A DNA stretch of 64,000 nucleotides from Stegostoma tigrinum. Lineage: Eukaryota. The number at the start of each line of letters is the position of its first letter. The stretch's first letter is position 1. The notes beneath the pieces are model-generated. The model saw only the letters and a program-made list of their open reading frames with translations, made no database searches and was not told the origin of the DNA. Shown one piece after another: positions 39,690 to 52,074 of the stretch. The translations under genes and the position numbers were made by a program. The stretch covers positions 10,826,035 to 10,890,034 of the forward strand of contig NC_081369.1 of the NCBI RefSeq assembly GCF_030684315.1. The letters are read 5' to 3'.

Positions 39690-40865
39690 AGATGGTTTTC
39701 AATTTAGGACCCTTCAATGCTTCACAGAGAGGGAGAAACATGGGTTCTGGAACAGTCTGAAAGGCTTTCGAGGAAGTGGGCACATTTTACTCCTGCACTG
39801 TTTGCAAATTTGCAGCTTTTATACGGTCCACATAACTTGTCACACGTATCCAGACTTGATATGTCACTGGACCTGACCTCGACATGCCTCTTACCCATGC
39901 AGGTCTATTACTATAGTTCCTGCACCAGACTTCGTCCCCTAAAGTAAACTGTCTCTCTCGTTTAATGGAATCTTGTGTCCAGCATTCGCATTCCTGATGC
40001 CATTTCACTGTCCTCTATAGATCCAGGAAGATCAGATTTGACCTGGTGCAGAGTCTTCTCCCCATTAGAAACTCTGCTGGAGTTATCCCAGTAGTTGCAT
40101 GAGAGATGGCCCCATAATCCAATGGTCTGGCAGAAAGACCAGTCCAAACTTTGAAGATAGGCTTAAAGAAACTACATACAGCTTCACTACATACCAAACT
40201 GTCCCAGTTCCTGTTTGATCTTAGGACCACCCCTCATGCAATTACAGGGATAGCTCCAATATTGGATACAAGACTCTGTTAAGTGAGACAGACAGTTTAA
40301 TTCAGGGCATGATGTTTGGTGTAGAAGCCAAGGGAATTGCCCTGCGTGGTAAGAGGCATGGTTAACATGAGCTCAGGTCCAGTGTCACATTAAGTTTGGG
40401 TAGGTGTGACAGTCTTGAACAAGCACATGGGCCATGTAAAAGCTGCAAACTTGCAAACAGTGCAGGAGCAAAATGCGCTTATCACCTGCCTTTCTGATTG
40501 TTCTGAAACCCATGGGTTCTCCCTCACCATCATGAGTTGAAGAAACCACAGACTCTGAGGTGGACACGGTGGATTTCACCGCCTCAATGCCTTTGCCACC
40601 TAATGAGAAATAATTTTTTTCTGAGATGCTCCAGATGCAAGAGGTAAGGTACTGTGTAATACACACCACCCATATCAGAGGAAGAGTTAAAGGAACCCAA
40701 CTGGGGCTAAAATGCCCCAGAAGGAGGTACAAAAAAAAAGGACTATGTCCTCGGGCTCAGATGGGGAGGGACATAGTGATTGTAATGTGGTTAGCCAGGT
40801 GGACCTCATAGTTCCCTGATTGAGGCTATTAATCTGGTCCAATCAGGGAGCCCTGGCAGATAACA
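39690..40865. mobile_element. Gypsy integrase C-terminal remnants in inverted arrangement, plus PPT and partial 3' LTR
   Basis: SNGLAERPVQTLK on plus; HATTGITPAEFLMGR on minus; PPT GGGGAGGGA at ~40763; LTR text shared with 59261. Confidence 0.8.
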
Positions 40866-41924
40866 AGATTATTGATGCCCTAATGTTAAACTGCAGACTC
40901 TCCTTACTTTAAGACACAATTTATTTTGTTTGTGATATTGGAGTCCATAAAATTAAATTGCTGACATATGCCATCACATGAGAAAACCTACTAAATTACT
41001 TCGAATCCACAAATTTTGCAGGTAATAAGATGGGTAACAATGAGCAAATACCCTTCGGAAAGTCTGACGCAGAAGGACCAGTAAAGTCATGTAAAGGTGT
41101 AGAAAAAGTTCAAGATAAAAATGGGTTTTAAAAGTTTAGGAAGACTGTTAAGAGCTGGTAGAGTTATTACTGATGCCAGTCCTACTCAGTATTTCTAACC
41201 GTTTGTGTTTTTATTACTGATTTCCAGCAGCCGATGTATTTTGCTTTTATGATAGCGACATTGCAATTTGCTAAATCGTCCGTCTACAAATTTGGTGCTG
41301 TATGTGTCCACATAATAAGTTACTGTGCTTGAAACTAATTCACTGTTTCTGAGGCTCATGAAAGCACTTCTGAGCAAGTTGTTTTCTGAGATGTATATTA
41401 AAGTGCTCTGGCCTTTCGAAGAAATAACGTCGATAAATTAGTTAAAGCAATACCGATAACATACACTCAGCGGTTGGAAAGCAAAGAGGATAGAAAAGAC
41501 AAAAAGAAAGAGAAATTGCCGGAAAAAGTGAGAAATAGTTGAGGACAGAATGTTATGGAGCTGAGAAATATTGTAGTTGGGCCATCTTAATAGAGAGGCC
41601 ACACACCAGCCTGCACACTTCAGTGGTGAGAAAACTTCATACAATTTAATTGGAGGTGGGTACAGACCCTTGGAAAAAATTTGCTTATCTGTGGTGAGTT
41701 GTTGATTTGACTCATTATTGATAGCACTTAATCTCATTAAACTCATCCTTTGAAATGTTGTGGTTTCCCATCAATTCTGTAACTCGTGAGCTGAACCCAT
41801 ACCAAGTGGATTAAATTATGCCCATGGGTTTTAATCTTTATTGTTGTGTGGAAAATGATCTTTAATTATCTGGCTACCCATTTTACAATTCCTGAATTCC
41901 ATTTACTGTTTGCAGAATAAATTA

Positions 41925-42605
41925 GAAAAGCATCTAGGTTACAAAATGGACATTTGGCTGCTTGAACCCGCTCCATCATTTAATAAGATCACGGTTAATC
42001 TGTTTGTGTTTCAAATCCCGCTTTCCTATGTACTCTCAATATGATGCTATTGCCTAACAAAAATCTATCTGCTGTTGCCGTAAAAATATTCAATGACACT
42101 GCCTCCACTGACATCTGAGGCAGAGAGTTCCAAAGTTGCACAACACTCTGAGAAAAATCTCATCTTTGTTCTAAATTTGTGATCCCTAAAGTTAAAACAG
42201 CATCCCTAGTTCTGGATTCGCTCACAAGAAGAAACATCATTTCCAAATCTACCTTGTCAAGACTGTATTTATATTCTTTAATCAAGTTAGCCCTCACTGT
42301 TCTAAACTCCAGAGAAAATGAGTCGAGTTTATGCAGACTTAAAAGACAAGTTGCTCATTCACGTATCAATTTCCAATGTATTTACATCCTTTCTTAAATA
42401 AGGACACCAAAACTGCACACGTGTGTTTGAGATGAGATCTTAACAAACCCATATAACTGAAGTACAGCATCTTTACCTTTCTAATTCTTCAAATAATAAA
42501 GGATAGCATTCTACTAATTTTCTTAATTACTTGATATACCTGCATTTTACCATCTTGTGATTCATGTATTAGAAAACCAAAACAGCTCTGCACCTTGGAA
42601 TTCTG
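41925..42605 (-). mobile_element. CR1 3' fragment
   Basis: Typical reverse-strand CR1 3' text (AGAGTTCCAAAG, CCAAAACTGCAC). Confidence 0.7.
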
Positions 42606-43070
42606 CAGTCTGGGGATCGGCTGTGCACCAATATCCATAAGAAGCCTACCAACATCCACAGTTACCTCAGCTATACCTCCTACCACCTTGCTTCCTGCAA
42701 GGCTTTCACTCCATTTCCCAATTTCTCCATCTCCGAAGCATCTGTTCTGACGATGCCACCTTCCGCTGGGCTGCTTTCTTAACTAATGATTCCTCCCTTG
42801 TTGATAGGACCTTCAGCCACGTCCAAACCATCTTGTGCACTTCTGCGCTTATCCCTTCCCTTTCTTCCCAGAACAATGATAGGGTTCCCTTTGTCCTTAC
42901 TTTCTACCCCATTTAGTCTTTGTATTCTAAGGATCATTCCAGGCATTTCCACCACCAAACACATCATCCCCTCCTAACACTGTCAGCATTCCACAGGGAC
43001 CATTCCCTCCATGACATACTGCTCTATTTGTCCATTATTCCTGACTCTCCTTGTGCTTCCCTATTGAATG
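42605..43070 (+). mobile_element. Penelope-like element RT-thumb/linker remnant
   Basis: Translates to TNIHKKPTNIHSYLSYTSYH.ASCK...QFLHLRSICSD, resembling the PLE motif YKPTD.HSYL.Y.SSHP...QFLRLRRICS. Confidence 0.75.
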
Positions 43071-43762
43071 GCTTCCTGGACCATGGTATCGTGGTTGGTT
43101 AGTTCATTCACCTTGCAGCCGCACTTTCAGTCAACACCCGGCTCAATTGTAATCACACTCATCTGTCACTGACCGTTGGCCAAATCAGATGACCCTATTC
43201 AAAAGAGTATGGCTAGTCCCTAGAATAAAGTGTCCAGATAACTTTCTCCTTTCCTGACATGGCTCACATCTACAGATTAGCCTTAGGTCATCTGAGTATG
43301 AACCAGAGCTCTTGTAGCTGCAGATGTATTTACCCTGGATCACACTGGCATCCAGATGACCCACATCCCACAGTCACAGCACATCACTGCCCTGCGTTTT
43401 TATTACGCGTTAATCATTAATGACAACTCATTTTCTGTCCACCAATAAAACTAAAAACGATATTGAATTTTGTTTCAAACACAATATTGTACATTTCTGA
43501 AATAGCATTTTGTTTACAGCATTTATTTAATAAAATCTCCTGTCATGAGAAGTTGTGTGAAGTTATTTTAAAAAACAGTGAAAACCCACCCCACAGATGT
43601 CACAGATAAAACAAGGGAAAGGAAGACTTCTGTGTAAGTCAGAAAAACAATGTGTTGCACAAAGATTATGCAGAAACAGAACAGATAGTTGCAGGAGAAG
43701 TGGTACAGTATTTTGAGCTTCAAGTAATCAATTAACACATTTCTTTCAATATCTTTTTCCAG

Positions 43763-43861
43763 CTTGCACACAAAACCTATAGTAAAACCTGGGAGAGCAT
43801 AAAAATGTACAATGATCAGGATCAGGACTTAAATAAAACCAACACGGTCACCAGGATATGA
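43763..43861 (+). CDS. CCDC113: CCDC113 exon 9, terminal (LAHKTYSKTWESIKMYNDQDQDLNKTNTVTRI*)
   Basis: TTTTTCCAG acceptor, phase 0, TGA at 43859-43861; resembles the family C-terminus (K...K.W..K). Confidence 0.85.
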   Translation, partial: LAHKTYSKTWESIKMYNDQDQDLNKTNTVTRI

Positions 43862-44010
43862 AGAAATTCTGGAACTAGAACTTAACACAAACTCAACTAA
43901 GTGTCATTCACATGAATAGAAAGGGGTTTCCTTAGAATGCAAAATTAGTTTAATCTAGCTGCAAAAGAAGTCATGTTTTATGCTGACAGACTGATTAAAT
44001 TGCTATTTCA

Positions 44011-44050
44011 AATAAATAAAACCAGGCTTTGATTCTTTGTTTTGTTGCCT
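44011..44050 (+). terminator. Candidate poly(A) signal of CCDC113
   Basis: Overlapping AATAAATAAA at 44011-44020 followed by a T/GT-rich element, ~150 nt after the stop codon. Confidence 0.55.
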
Positions 44051-44375
44051 TATTCATGTTGTCAATTAACAGTGGAAACTATTAACCTGTGAATATGTCA
44101 AAATGTTGTAATGTGCTGGTCTTTTCATGAGTTGCTCCTCAATAAACATTCCAATATTATGTAAGAATAGGGAATTACTTCCAAGCAAAGCTGCATCACT
44201 ATACTGTAGGAATACCTAATAAGTGAGGATAATGAATATATTCCCAGCAATGTCAAGTCGCTGTGCAATAAAAATTAGCATTTCTTTGTCAGGTTAAAAA
44301 TGTTTGCGTTCGAAATTGCTTAAATGAAACAAACATAAAAAAAATTCAGGTCAAAGCCAAATAAATACTCATAGG

Positions 44376-44527
44376 GATAGCAAGAACTGCAAATGCTGGA
44401 GTCAGAGATAACACATTATGGATCCCATAACACAAATGGGATTTCTAAAGAAGGGTCCTGACCTGAAGCATCAACTTCCCTGCTCCTCTGATGCTGCCTG
44501 GCCTGCTGTGCTTCTCCAGCTCCATAC
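44376..44527. mobile_element. Two-orientation Penelope-derived insert with 14-bp TSD
   Basis: TSD TAAATA(C/T)TCATAGG at 44362-44375 and 44528-44541. Confidence 0.7.
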
Positions 44528-44675
44528 TAAATATTCATAGGCATGGTCTCACCCACTCTCATAAAGAAAAGGTTGTATGTGGAGTAACCTTTATAGTGGA
44601 AGGGACAGATGTCTTGAAAAGACAATATAACTTATAAACCTGCCTTCAGGCTGAAAATAGGTATGTAAGAATTAA

Positions 44676-44817
44676 GAGATAACAAGGTGTAGAGCTGGAT
44701 GAACACAGCAGGCCAAGCAGCATCAGAGGAGCAGGAAAGCTGACGTTTCGGGGTCTTCAGACATTTTGAAGAATTTCTGAAGAGGGGTCTAGGCCCAAAA
44801 TATCAGGTCCTACTATT
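44676..44817. mobile_element. Two-orientation Penelope-derived insert with perfect 14-bp TSD
   Basis: TSD TATGTAAGAATTAA at 44662-44675 and 44818-44831; hammerhead remnants on both strands. Confidence 0.8.
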
Positions 44818-46859
44818 TATGTAAGAATTAACCTGGCTTTCTTCTTCTCAAGCTTTAGTCATCTTAGAAATTAATGAAAATGTAAACATTTAAAAATGTT
44901 CATATCAAGAAAATGATGGTTCATGACACCAAGTTCTAAAGGAGATCTGACTGATTTGATTGCTCTTTTTCAAAGCTTATTAGTATATTCAGAAACATTT
45001 TCATTTGTGAAGACCACTCTAGTTAGATTTTAAGATTTTAAAACTGAAAGGCAAGTTCATACTTCTACAGAGGAGATCAACTTGTTGTTCCTGTATTTGA
45101 TGATTAAAAAAAGACAACAAATCAATACCTTAATATCTGGACAAGTGACTAATTTACTCCTTTTGGACCATATCTGCCTTTTGTACAGTTGCATCATGCT
45201 GGCTAGCCATTGTGGATAACTGTTATACGTGTTGCTGAAGATCCTGTGTTTGTTTCTGGATTGGTCTTAATTGCAGTACAATTATGGTCAGTTGTACTAT
45301 ACTAATATTAATGCACATTACACTATTCATAACTTATATAGACTCTGTCTTAAAATGAAAGCTATGTGCTAGACTGGGACAGAAGTTAAACTTTAATAGC
45401 ACTTATCACTGGTTCAAGAACCATTACACTTTCTCACCTGTGTGCAGTGATGCCACATCCATCCTACCAAGAGGACTGCTTGCAAGACTACTGTTATCCC
45501 ATAATCCAGACTGACACTACTGTTTGGCAGTATGTCCTGCAATATCAGATGTGACATCCTTTAGATGAGATGTTAAACCAAGGTGTCTGCTAATTCTGGA
45601 GGCTCTTCAAGACATTTCAAAGCAGTAAGGATGAAAGTGATGCCCTATCGAGGATGACTAAAACAGGTTTAACCAGCAAATTTGAATTTGCTTTTAGTGG
45701 GCCCTTGTGTGCAAACTATGTGTTATATACATCACTAATTGTACATGCAGTGCTTGAAGAGGTCACACGATGAAACATAAATTAAACATTTCTTTTAATA
45801 AGGAAAACTAGTTAACATTTGATGGAGTCAAGCCCAACTTATCACTTAAAACATGGTGGATAATCTTATTTTTGAGACCAGAGGGAATTTAAGTAGCAAT
45901 CTTTTGCGAGATGACCGAAGCCAGTAGGTATGACTTTCACAACTAATAAAACTTGGGAAGAACTGGAAGGGATGTGAGCAAAGGACCTCAGAATACCAAT
46001 TTCCTGCAGTATTCAGATTGCGTTGGCAGAATATTGCAATGCCAATGATGGAATTGACTGCTGGAATCTGAAAGTGAAGAATATTTACAGTTTCATAGGA
46101 AAAGCCTTGTGCATAATGGGAAAAATGAGACTTGACTGCTGAGCTGACTGAATCCATCAATGCAGCTTTTCCAACAAATAGCATGTCTCCTTTTTCCACA
46201 GTGCCCAAACATTACCATTGTTCCTGGTGGGATTTACTAGAATAATCAGACCAATTCTCAGAAGATCTAATTGCAAATTAAAAACATGGGTAGAAGATAA
46301 AGCATTGCATTTTCTTCAGAGGTTATCAAGACTTTACGCTTTGATCAAAGTGCAGGATGAAAGCATTTACTTGCATACTTTGCTGAAAACTGGCCATGTG
46401 AAAGTTGTGTAAAGAATGGCCATCTGCAGGGACGGCTTGTGACATCAGTGACCATTAAGGTCTCGATGTTCACTATTGCCCTTCAGGGAAGGAAATATGC
46501 AACCTTTAACAGGTCGGATTTACATGTGGCTCGATGAGCTGACGTGTTTGACTCTTCTGGGCAATAAATACTGGCCACGCCTGCGACAGCCACATCCCAG
46601 GAATGAAATTTTTAAAAAGTTGAAAGAATTTACAAGTTGATATTAAACCTCTTTTGCCCCACTGTGGCTGCACTTTCATTGTCGTCAAATCTGGGGTTTG
46701 GGAGGCCTGAACCCAGAGGCAGGGATGTGACCCACTGCGCCATAGGACCTCCATTCCCGAGGGGATTATTCAAGCGATGTAGGCGTCGTATTTTGTTAAA
46801 CAAAATCGATTCCAGTGAAACAGGCGCTGCACTGACATGGAAATAATTAAACGTTTAAA

Positions 46860-47470
46860 AACACACGCCTCTGTTTCGGAGTCTTCCGTGTTAAAATCAC
46901 GTATTTCTTTTTACCTCTGTGTTTCCTCCAGTTCCGGAAGGATGAAATGAACATTGAGGGGACTGTAGCGACTGAGGAGCTGCCGCCTCGCGGTGAGCGG
47001 TGACAAAGTAACCAGGGTATCCAGGCAACGCTAGGCGCTACCAGGTTGCTTGGTAACTGTTGCGCGCGCTCTCCCAGAACAGGGAGAGGGTGACCGCGGG
47101 ACTGAGCCGTGTAGCCTTTCCCACACCCTGATGCAGAACGATGTGGCCAAAGGTGACAGAGGGAAACAGCGCAGAGAATCCTGCAAGACCCGGTCCATCG
47201 GGGAATTAGTCCTGCCCGGGGGCTCCGTGCGTGAGGTGAGGCAAGTCAAGCAAGCGTCGAAGATAAACCCGGTCAAACACAAGAGGCAAGAAGGGCTGAA
47301 GCGGACCAGCGTGGCTGTGCTGAAGTATAACCCAGGCTTAGCTAAATCCCGCCAAACCGACAAACGCAAGGGCTCCTCCAAGAAAAGCTCCAAAGACACT
47401 GGCGAGTCACCGCTGTGGAGCAGCGTACACGGTGGAACAGGTAGGCAACATTCAGTGGCAGGAATGTGGT
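46860..47470 (+). promoter_or_regulatory. CpG island of an unidentified gene with two RFX X-boxes (47017-47029 GTATCCAGGCAAC; 47045-47057 GTTGCTTGGTAAC)
   Basis: Unique CpG-rich sequence, X-box consensus matches, ETS-like CCGGAAG near 46934. Confidence 0.65.
47131..47440 (+). CDS. Putative first coding exon of an unidentified gene (basic, K/R/S-rich, 103 codons)
   Basis: Open frame from ATG 47131 to a CAG|GTAGGC donor at 47440/47441, downstream of the X-boxes. No homologue recognised. Confidence 0.45.
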
Positions 47471-47859
47471 GTAGCCCACACTGGATGGAGGCTTGGGTGG
47501 GGAGAGAGGAACAAAAGAGGTGCTGATTGTTGAATATTTCGCAGGGAAAACCCTCCATGTATGTGTGTGTGTGAGAGAAAGAGGGAGATGGGAATGAGAA
47601 CAGCTCTGTACAACACAAACCCGAGGAGAGGCAGTGAGAAACAAGTCACACAATCACGAGGAGCGTAACCCATAGGAAACAGAGTTCGCTGTTAAATAAA
47701 TTAGAAGAAAAGAACACGTAACGTCCTCACTAACCGATATGCAGTCAATCAATCACTCTGATGTGTATCAACAGACAGCTAATTTGTACCTAGGAAAACT
47801 TTGGTACGATATTGATTAGATGACTGTGATTTCTTGGTTGAGAGAGTTAAAAACTATAA

Positions 47860-49270
47860 AACCATAAAATGGTCGCAACACAAGAAGTCGTTTTACCCGT
47901 TGAGGCCATTTGTCTGCACAAGAGTAATTCGGCTAACCCCAGTCCCGTTCTCCGAGCCCTGATTTATTTTGTTGTTTATACACCTGTCTTCACGACTCTT
48001 TAATTGTGAGTGGTAACTATGTCTTTCCTCACTTTGTCTTCACTTGTCATTCACTTTAAACCTGTGTCTTCTGGACACTTTCACCAATTGAAATAGATTC
48101 CCTGTAATTATTTTCTGAAGATGAATCCTCACCCGGAACGTCAGCTTTCCCGTTCAGGCGCTGCCTGGCCTGCTGTGTTCCTTCAGCTCCACGCTTTGTT
48201 TACTCTCAATTTACCATGCGTTCATGATTTTTAATAGCTCTATCAAATCTCATCTCACAACCTTCAAGAATAGCCCAGGCATCAACAACTGAAGCTTCTC
48301 ACCCCCAAATCCATTCTTGTAAATGTTTTCTGCACTGATGGTCTTTACATCCTTCCCTAAATTTGGTCCCCAGAACGTTATTAAAGTTGAATCACTGTTT
48401 TCACTGAATTGTTTTCATGCAGGTTAAGGTCAGTCAGCCCATCCCGTTCGGACTGGCTGCCTGACCAGTTTAATTTGAGCCACTCTACTGTCTTTTCACA
48501 GTTACCCTGCACATTATTTCTATTTAAATAATTACTAATGCCCTCTTGAATGCCCCAGTTAAAACTGCCTCCACCACACTGCAAGGCAGTGCATTCTAGC
48601 CTTCAGTCATTCAGTGTGAAAAGTTTCTCAGTTTTGCAACTTTTCAACTTTCACTCTCTACCTGTCCTACCACTTTTCATGAAACATCTACATGAAAATT
48701 GTGCCCTTTGGTTAGTATCATTTCTCCATGTTCTTTATACCAAGTTATCTGCATTGAACTTCATCTGCCCCCTATGCACACACTCTGCCAAGTTCTGCAC
48801 TGTACTCCTTGCAGTTTACAATTGCCCCAAATTTTGAATTGTCTGTAAACTTTCAAAGTTCCCTGCATTCCAAAATGTAAGTGATTTATATATCTGGAAA
48901 CACTAGGGGTCCCAAGACCCCTATCTGGGACAGTGGGCTACGAGCCCTCTTTGTGCCTGAAAAATAAGCATTAACCATTCATTTGCGTTTCCTATTCCTC
49001 AGCTAGTATATTGCTACTGTCCCTTTTATTCTATGATCTGTAACTCTCCTCCAAGTCTGTTGTGTAGAACTGCATTAAACACCTCTTGACAGTTCATGTA
49101 CCCCGCATCAACATCCTCGTCTTCATCTATCCCTGTTACCGCTTCAAAAAAAAACTCCAGCGAGTTAGATGCAATTTTTTTTTAAACAAATCCGTGCCGA
49201 CTTTTCCAAATTGGCCCACAACTTTCCATGTGATTATTTATTCTATCCTGAATAATTGTTTCTAGAATTG
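47860..49270 (-). mobile_element. Degenerate CR1 fragments with a nested Penelope tail (~48113-48205)
   Basis: Reverse-strand CR1 text; TCTGAAGATGAATCCTCACCCGGAACGTCAGC. Confidence 0.6.
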
Positions 49271-52074
49271 GTGCTGCTGGCCTGGGAACATAAAACTTTA
49301 GTGCTTGCACAATCTCTTGAGTAACGCATTTTTCTTAGTCCCATTTTTACAGTTATCAAGCACTATACTGGGATCAATCCATTTGAAATCCTTTAATTCT
49401 GTTAATTCCTTTCCTGTTTGCTCAACTGTTCCGCTGAACCTCATTCTTTTGTCTACCAATGTCATTGGTATTGATATAAACTGAATGGAGAGTGAGATGC
49501 TTTTAGCATTCTTGAACTTCATACCCAATTCACTTTACTCTCTGCCTATACATTTCTGTAGTATGGGGTGACCACATCCCCAAACATGCCATCGATATGG
49601 TTGTGAACCTCACAGATATACCAAAATTGTTACTGATGCTACTCAAGCCTCAGGTCTCCTCTAAGCGATTGTACTTCCTACACATATAGTTGCTCAGGCC
49701 ATAGCTGTATCCTGGAGTTCCTGTTGGGCACAACCTGTATATTTTATAGGGCCGAGGTGCTCTGCCATGCCTTTTGCAAGTCTGCCAATTAAGTTAATCA
49801 GAAATAACCCTAACAAATATTAAAAGTAGTTGAGATTTAAAATGGGAGGGATGATTAGTGATATTGTCACTTAGCTAGTTATCTAGAGGCCCAAACTAAT
49901 ATTCTGGTGACTCAAGCCCCACCATGCAGCTATTGGAAGTTAGATTTTTAAAAAATTGAAAACTAACCTCAGTAATTGCAACTGTTTAACTGTCACTGAT
50001 TCTCATAAAATGTATCTAGTTCATTAACATCCCTTAAGGAAGGAAGCTTGTTATTCCCATTTGGTCTGGTCAACATGTGGCTCCAGAACTACAACAATGT
50101 GGTTGACACTTGACCGTTATTGAACTAAATTAGGGATGCGCACCAAATGCTCACTTTGCCCGGAAAGCTCACGTTTCATTCCACAGGCAAATAAAAAGCA
50201 ATTAGCACCTCACACTTTTTAAACCAGCTCTAATAATTCTGGTTGCTTTGTACTTTTACCTCAATACTTGTACATTGGCCGCAATCTCAGTTGCCTCAAA
50301 TTGATTGCTCCCTCTTTCAAACTGTCAGCTGGGACAACAGACAGAACTCCATGGAATTACTAACGAGATCAAACAAAGGCCTCAGTTGACATTCTATCTG
50401 TAAATATGGCAGTTATAGAATCAGAGTGATTTCCTGCAAAGTAGCACGTCTGCTGTATTGCACTGGAGACTGATCCCAAACGAGGGCTTGAAACTACAAC
50501 ATTCTGCCAAGAATGCCTTTCCATCAAGTCATAAATTGTGACAGAAACATTTTTTAAAAAAGTTTCAGTATAAAAATCATAACTTGCCAATGTGTTGAAA
50601 AATGGGACAATATACATTACAAGTCATTCATAATCTCTAAATATTCTTCAAACGTAAGTTACATCACTACATGTGAAAATACTCTACAAAAAGACTTTTT
50701 AACCAGCTGTTAATCGGGTGGAATCATTGTTGCACCTGGAGTCCAATGTCAAGTCTCTCTTGAGAGGGAATTGAGCAAGCAGCTAAAAGACAGGAGGCAG
50801 AGCGTGGTCCTCTCAGCTGCTGGATGCCAGGCGGGAAGATAAAAGGGTTCATCACCATATTAATACATTTTCATATGTTAGACTGTTTGTGAGATCTCAG
50901 TATTATCTCTCATGCTTAAATGAATTTTGCTGTGCAATGTACATTATTGTGAATATGTATTGCAAATGGCAGTCACATTGGTAACTCTGTAATACCTATG
51001 TAAACCACTTTATTTAGATTGTAAGTAATTGATTTTACATGTTGTTCATTGATTTATGATATGTTTGTCTATAAGTTATTGATCAGTGTATTTTCTGTCT
51101 GTTTGCCATTTGCAAATGTCATATTTTGTTCCTTTAACGTCTAAGCAATGTCCTCCGTGTTTTATCTTTATGTTTTCTTTCCAATATGTTTTGGCTATTT
51201 TCCTTAGCAACCCGTTGAAATTGGCCCCTGGTGAGGTAGATTTATCATTGATTAATCTCTCTTCTTTGCAGTTCTAACATCAGTCATGATAAGGTCCTAC
51301 TCGTTGGGTCTCTGCTGCTAGAGCAAACTGTTGAATTCTGATTCCTTTTAGAGTTCTGGCTGTAATTCTATGTGTGCGTAGTGAATCAATTGGGCCCATA
51401 ACTTCTGGTTCTCAGAGTCTGAATCTTTTCCAGAAGATATGCACCAGAACTCCTTGGAAATCTCAACACATTGACCATGAGAGTAGCGCCTGGGAAGTTT
51501 AAACTTTTGATGGGAAATATCCTTGTGTCCAGGACTGTCTGAAAATGTCTGCAACAGACAGTTAGAGACTTTGGAGTCACAGACTGTTAGAAAATAGATG
51601 ACAGGTTAGACAGAGGATCTTGATCGGCGCAGGCTTGGAGGGCCGAAGGGCCTGTTCCTGTGCTGTAGGTTTCTTTGTTTGTTTCTTTGTTGGTGGGTTC
51701 TGACTGAATTGCTGACATCTTGACTTTGGAACTGGAGTAATGCGGCATGGAAAAGGCCCACCGTGTCTATGCCCACCAATAAACACCAGACTACACTAAT
51801 CCCATTTGTCTGCACTTCATCCATTGCCTACTGTGCCCTAGTATTTTAAATGCTCATCCAGACAGGCCTTAAATGTTGGAAGAGCACTAGCTTGCACTAC
51901 CCTGTCAGGCAACATTTTCCATATAGCTACCACCTCTGGGTAAAAGGTTTTCCTCTGATCTCCTCTAGATCACTCACTCCTTAACCTTAAACTAATGTTA
52001 GAAGGATTTAACTGTTATAATACCCCTCATCTCCAATTCCCCTGAACACCTGAATACACCTCATTTTTTAAAAA

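Larger units (their letters stand above)
17625..43861 (+). other. CCDC113: CCDC113 (CFAP263) gene span, 9 coding exons, 1155 nt CDS, 384 aa coiled-coil ciliary protein
   Basis: Exons of 110+124+165+156+81+156+108+156+99 nt splice in frame. Family-typical motifs LTAEQK, EVDFHQLKIEN, YRVPDVLEYV, WERKVDIAE. Confidence 0.93.

Noticed and set aside
43832-43837. AATAAA as poly(A) signal
   Set aside because: It lies inside the last coding exon; 44011 is the better candidate.
45846-46208. 120-aa minus-strand ORF
   Set aside because: TTG start, no recognisable motif and no splice support.
47031-47618. 195-aa minus-strand ORF
   Set aside because: Non-ATG start, crosses a microsatellite, and is the antisense shadow of a GC-rich island.
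51208-51235. Possible micro-exon of the orphan gene (NPLKLAPGE)
   Set aside because: Its phase is incompatible with the donor at 47440 (immediate stop), and it is too short to support.
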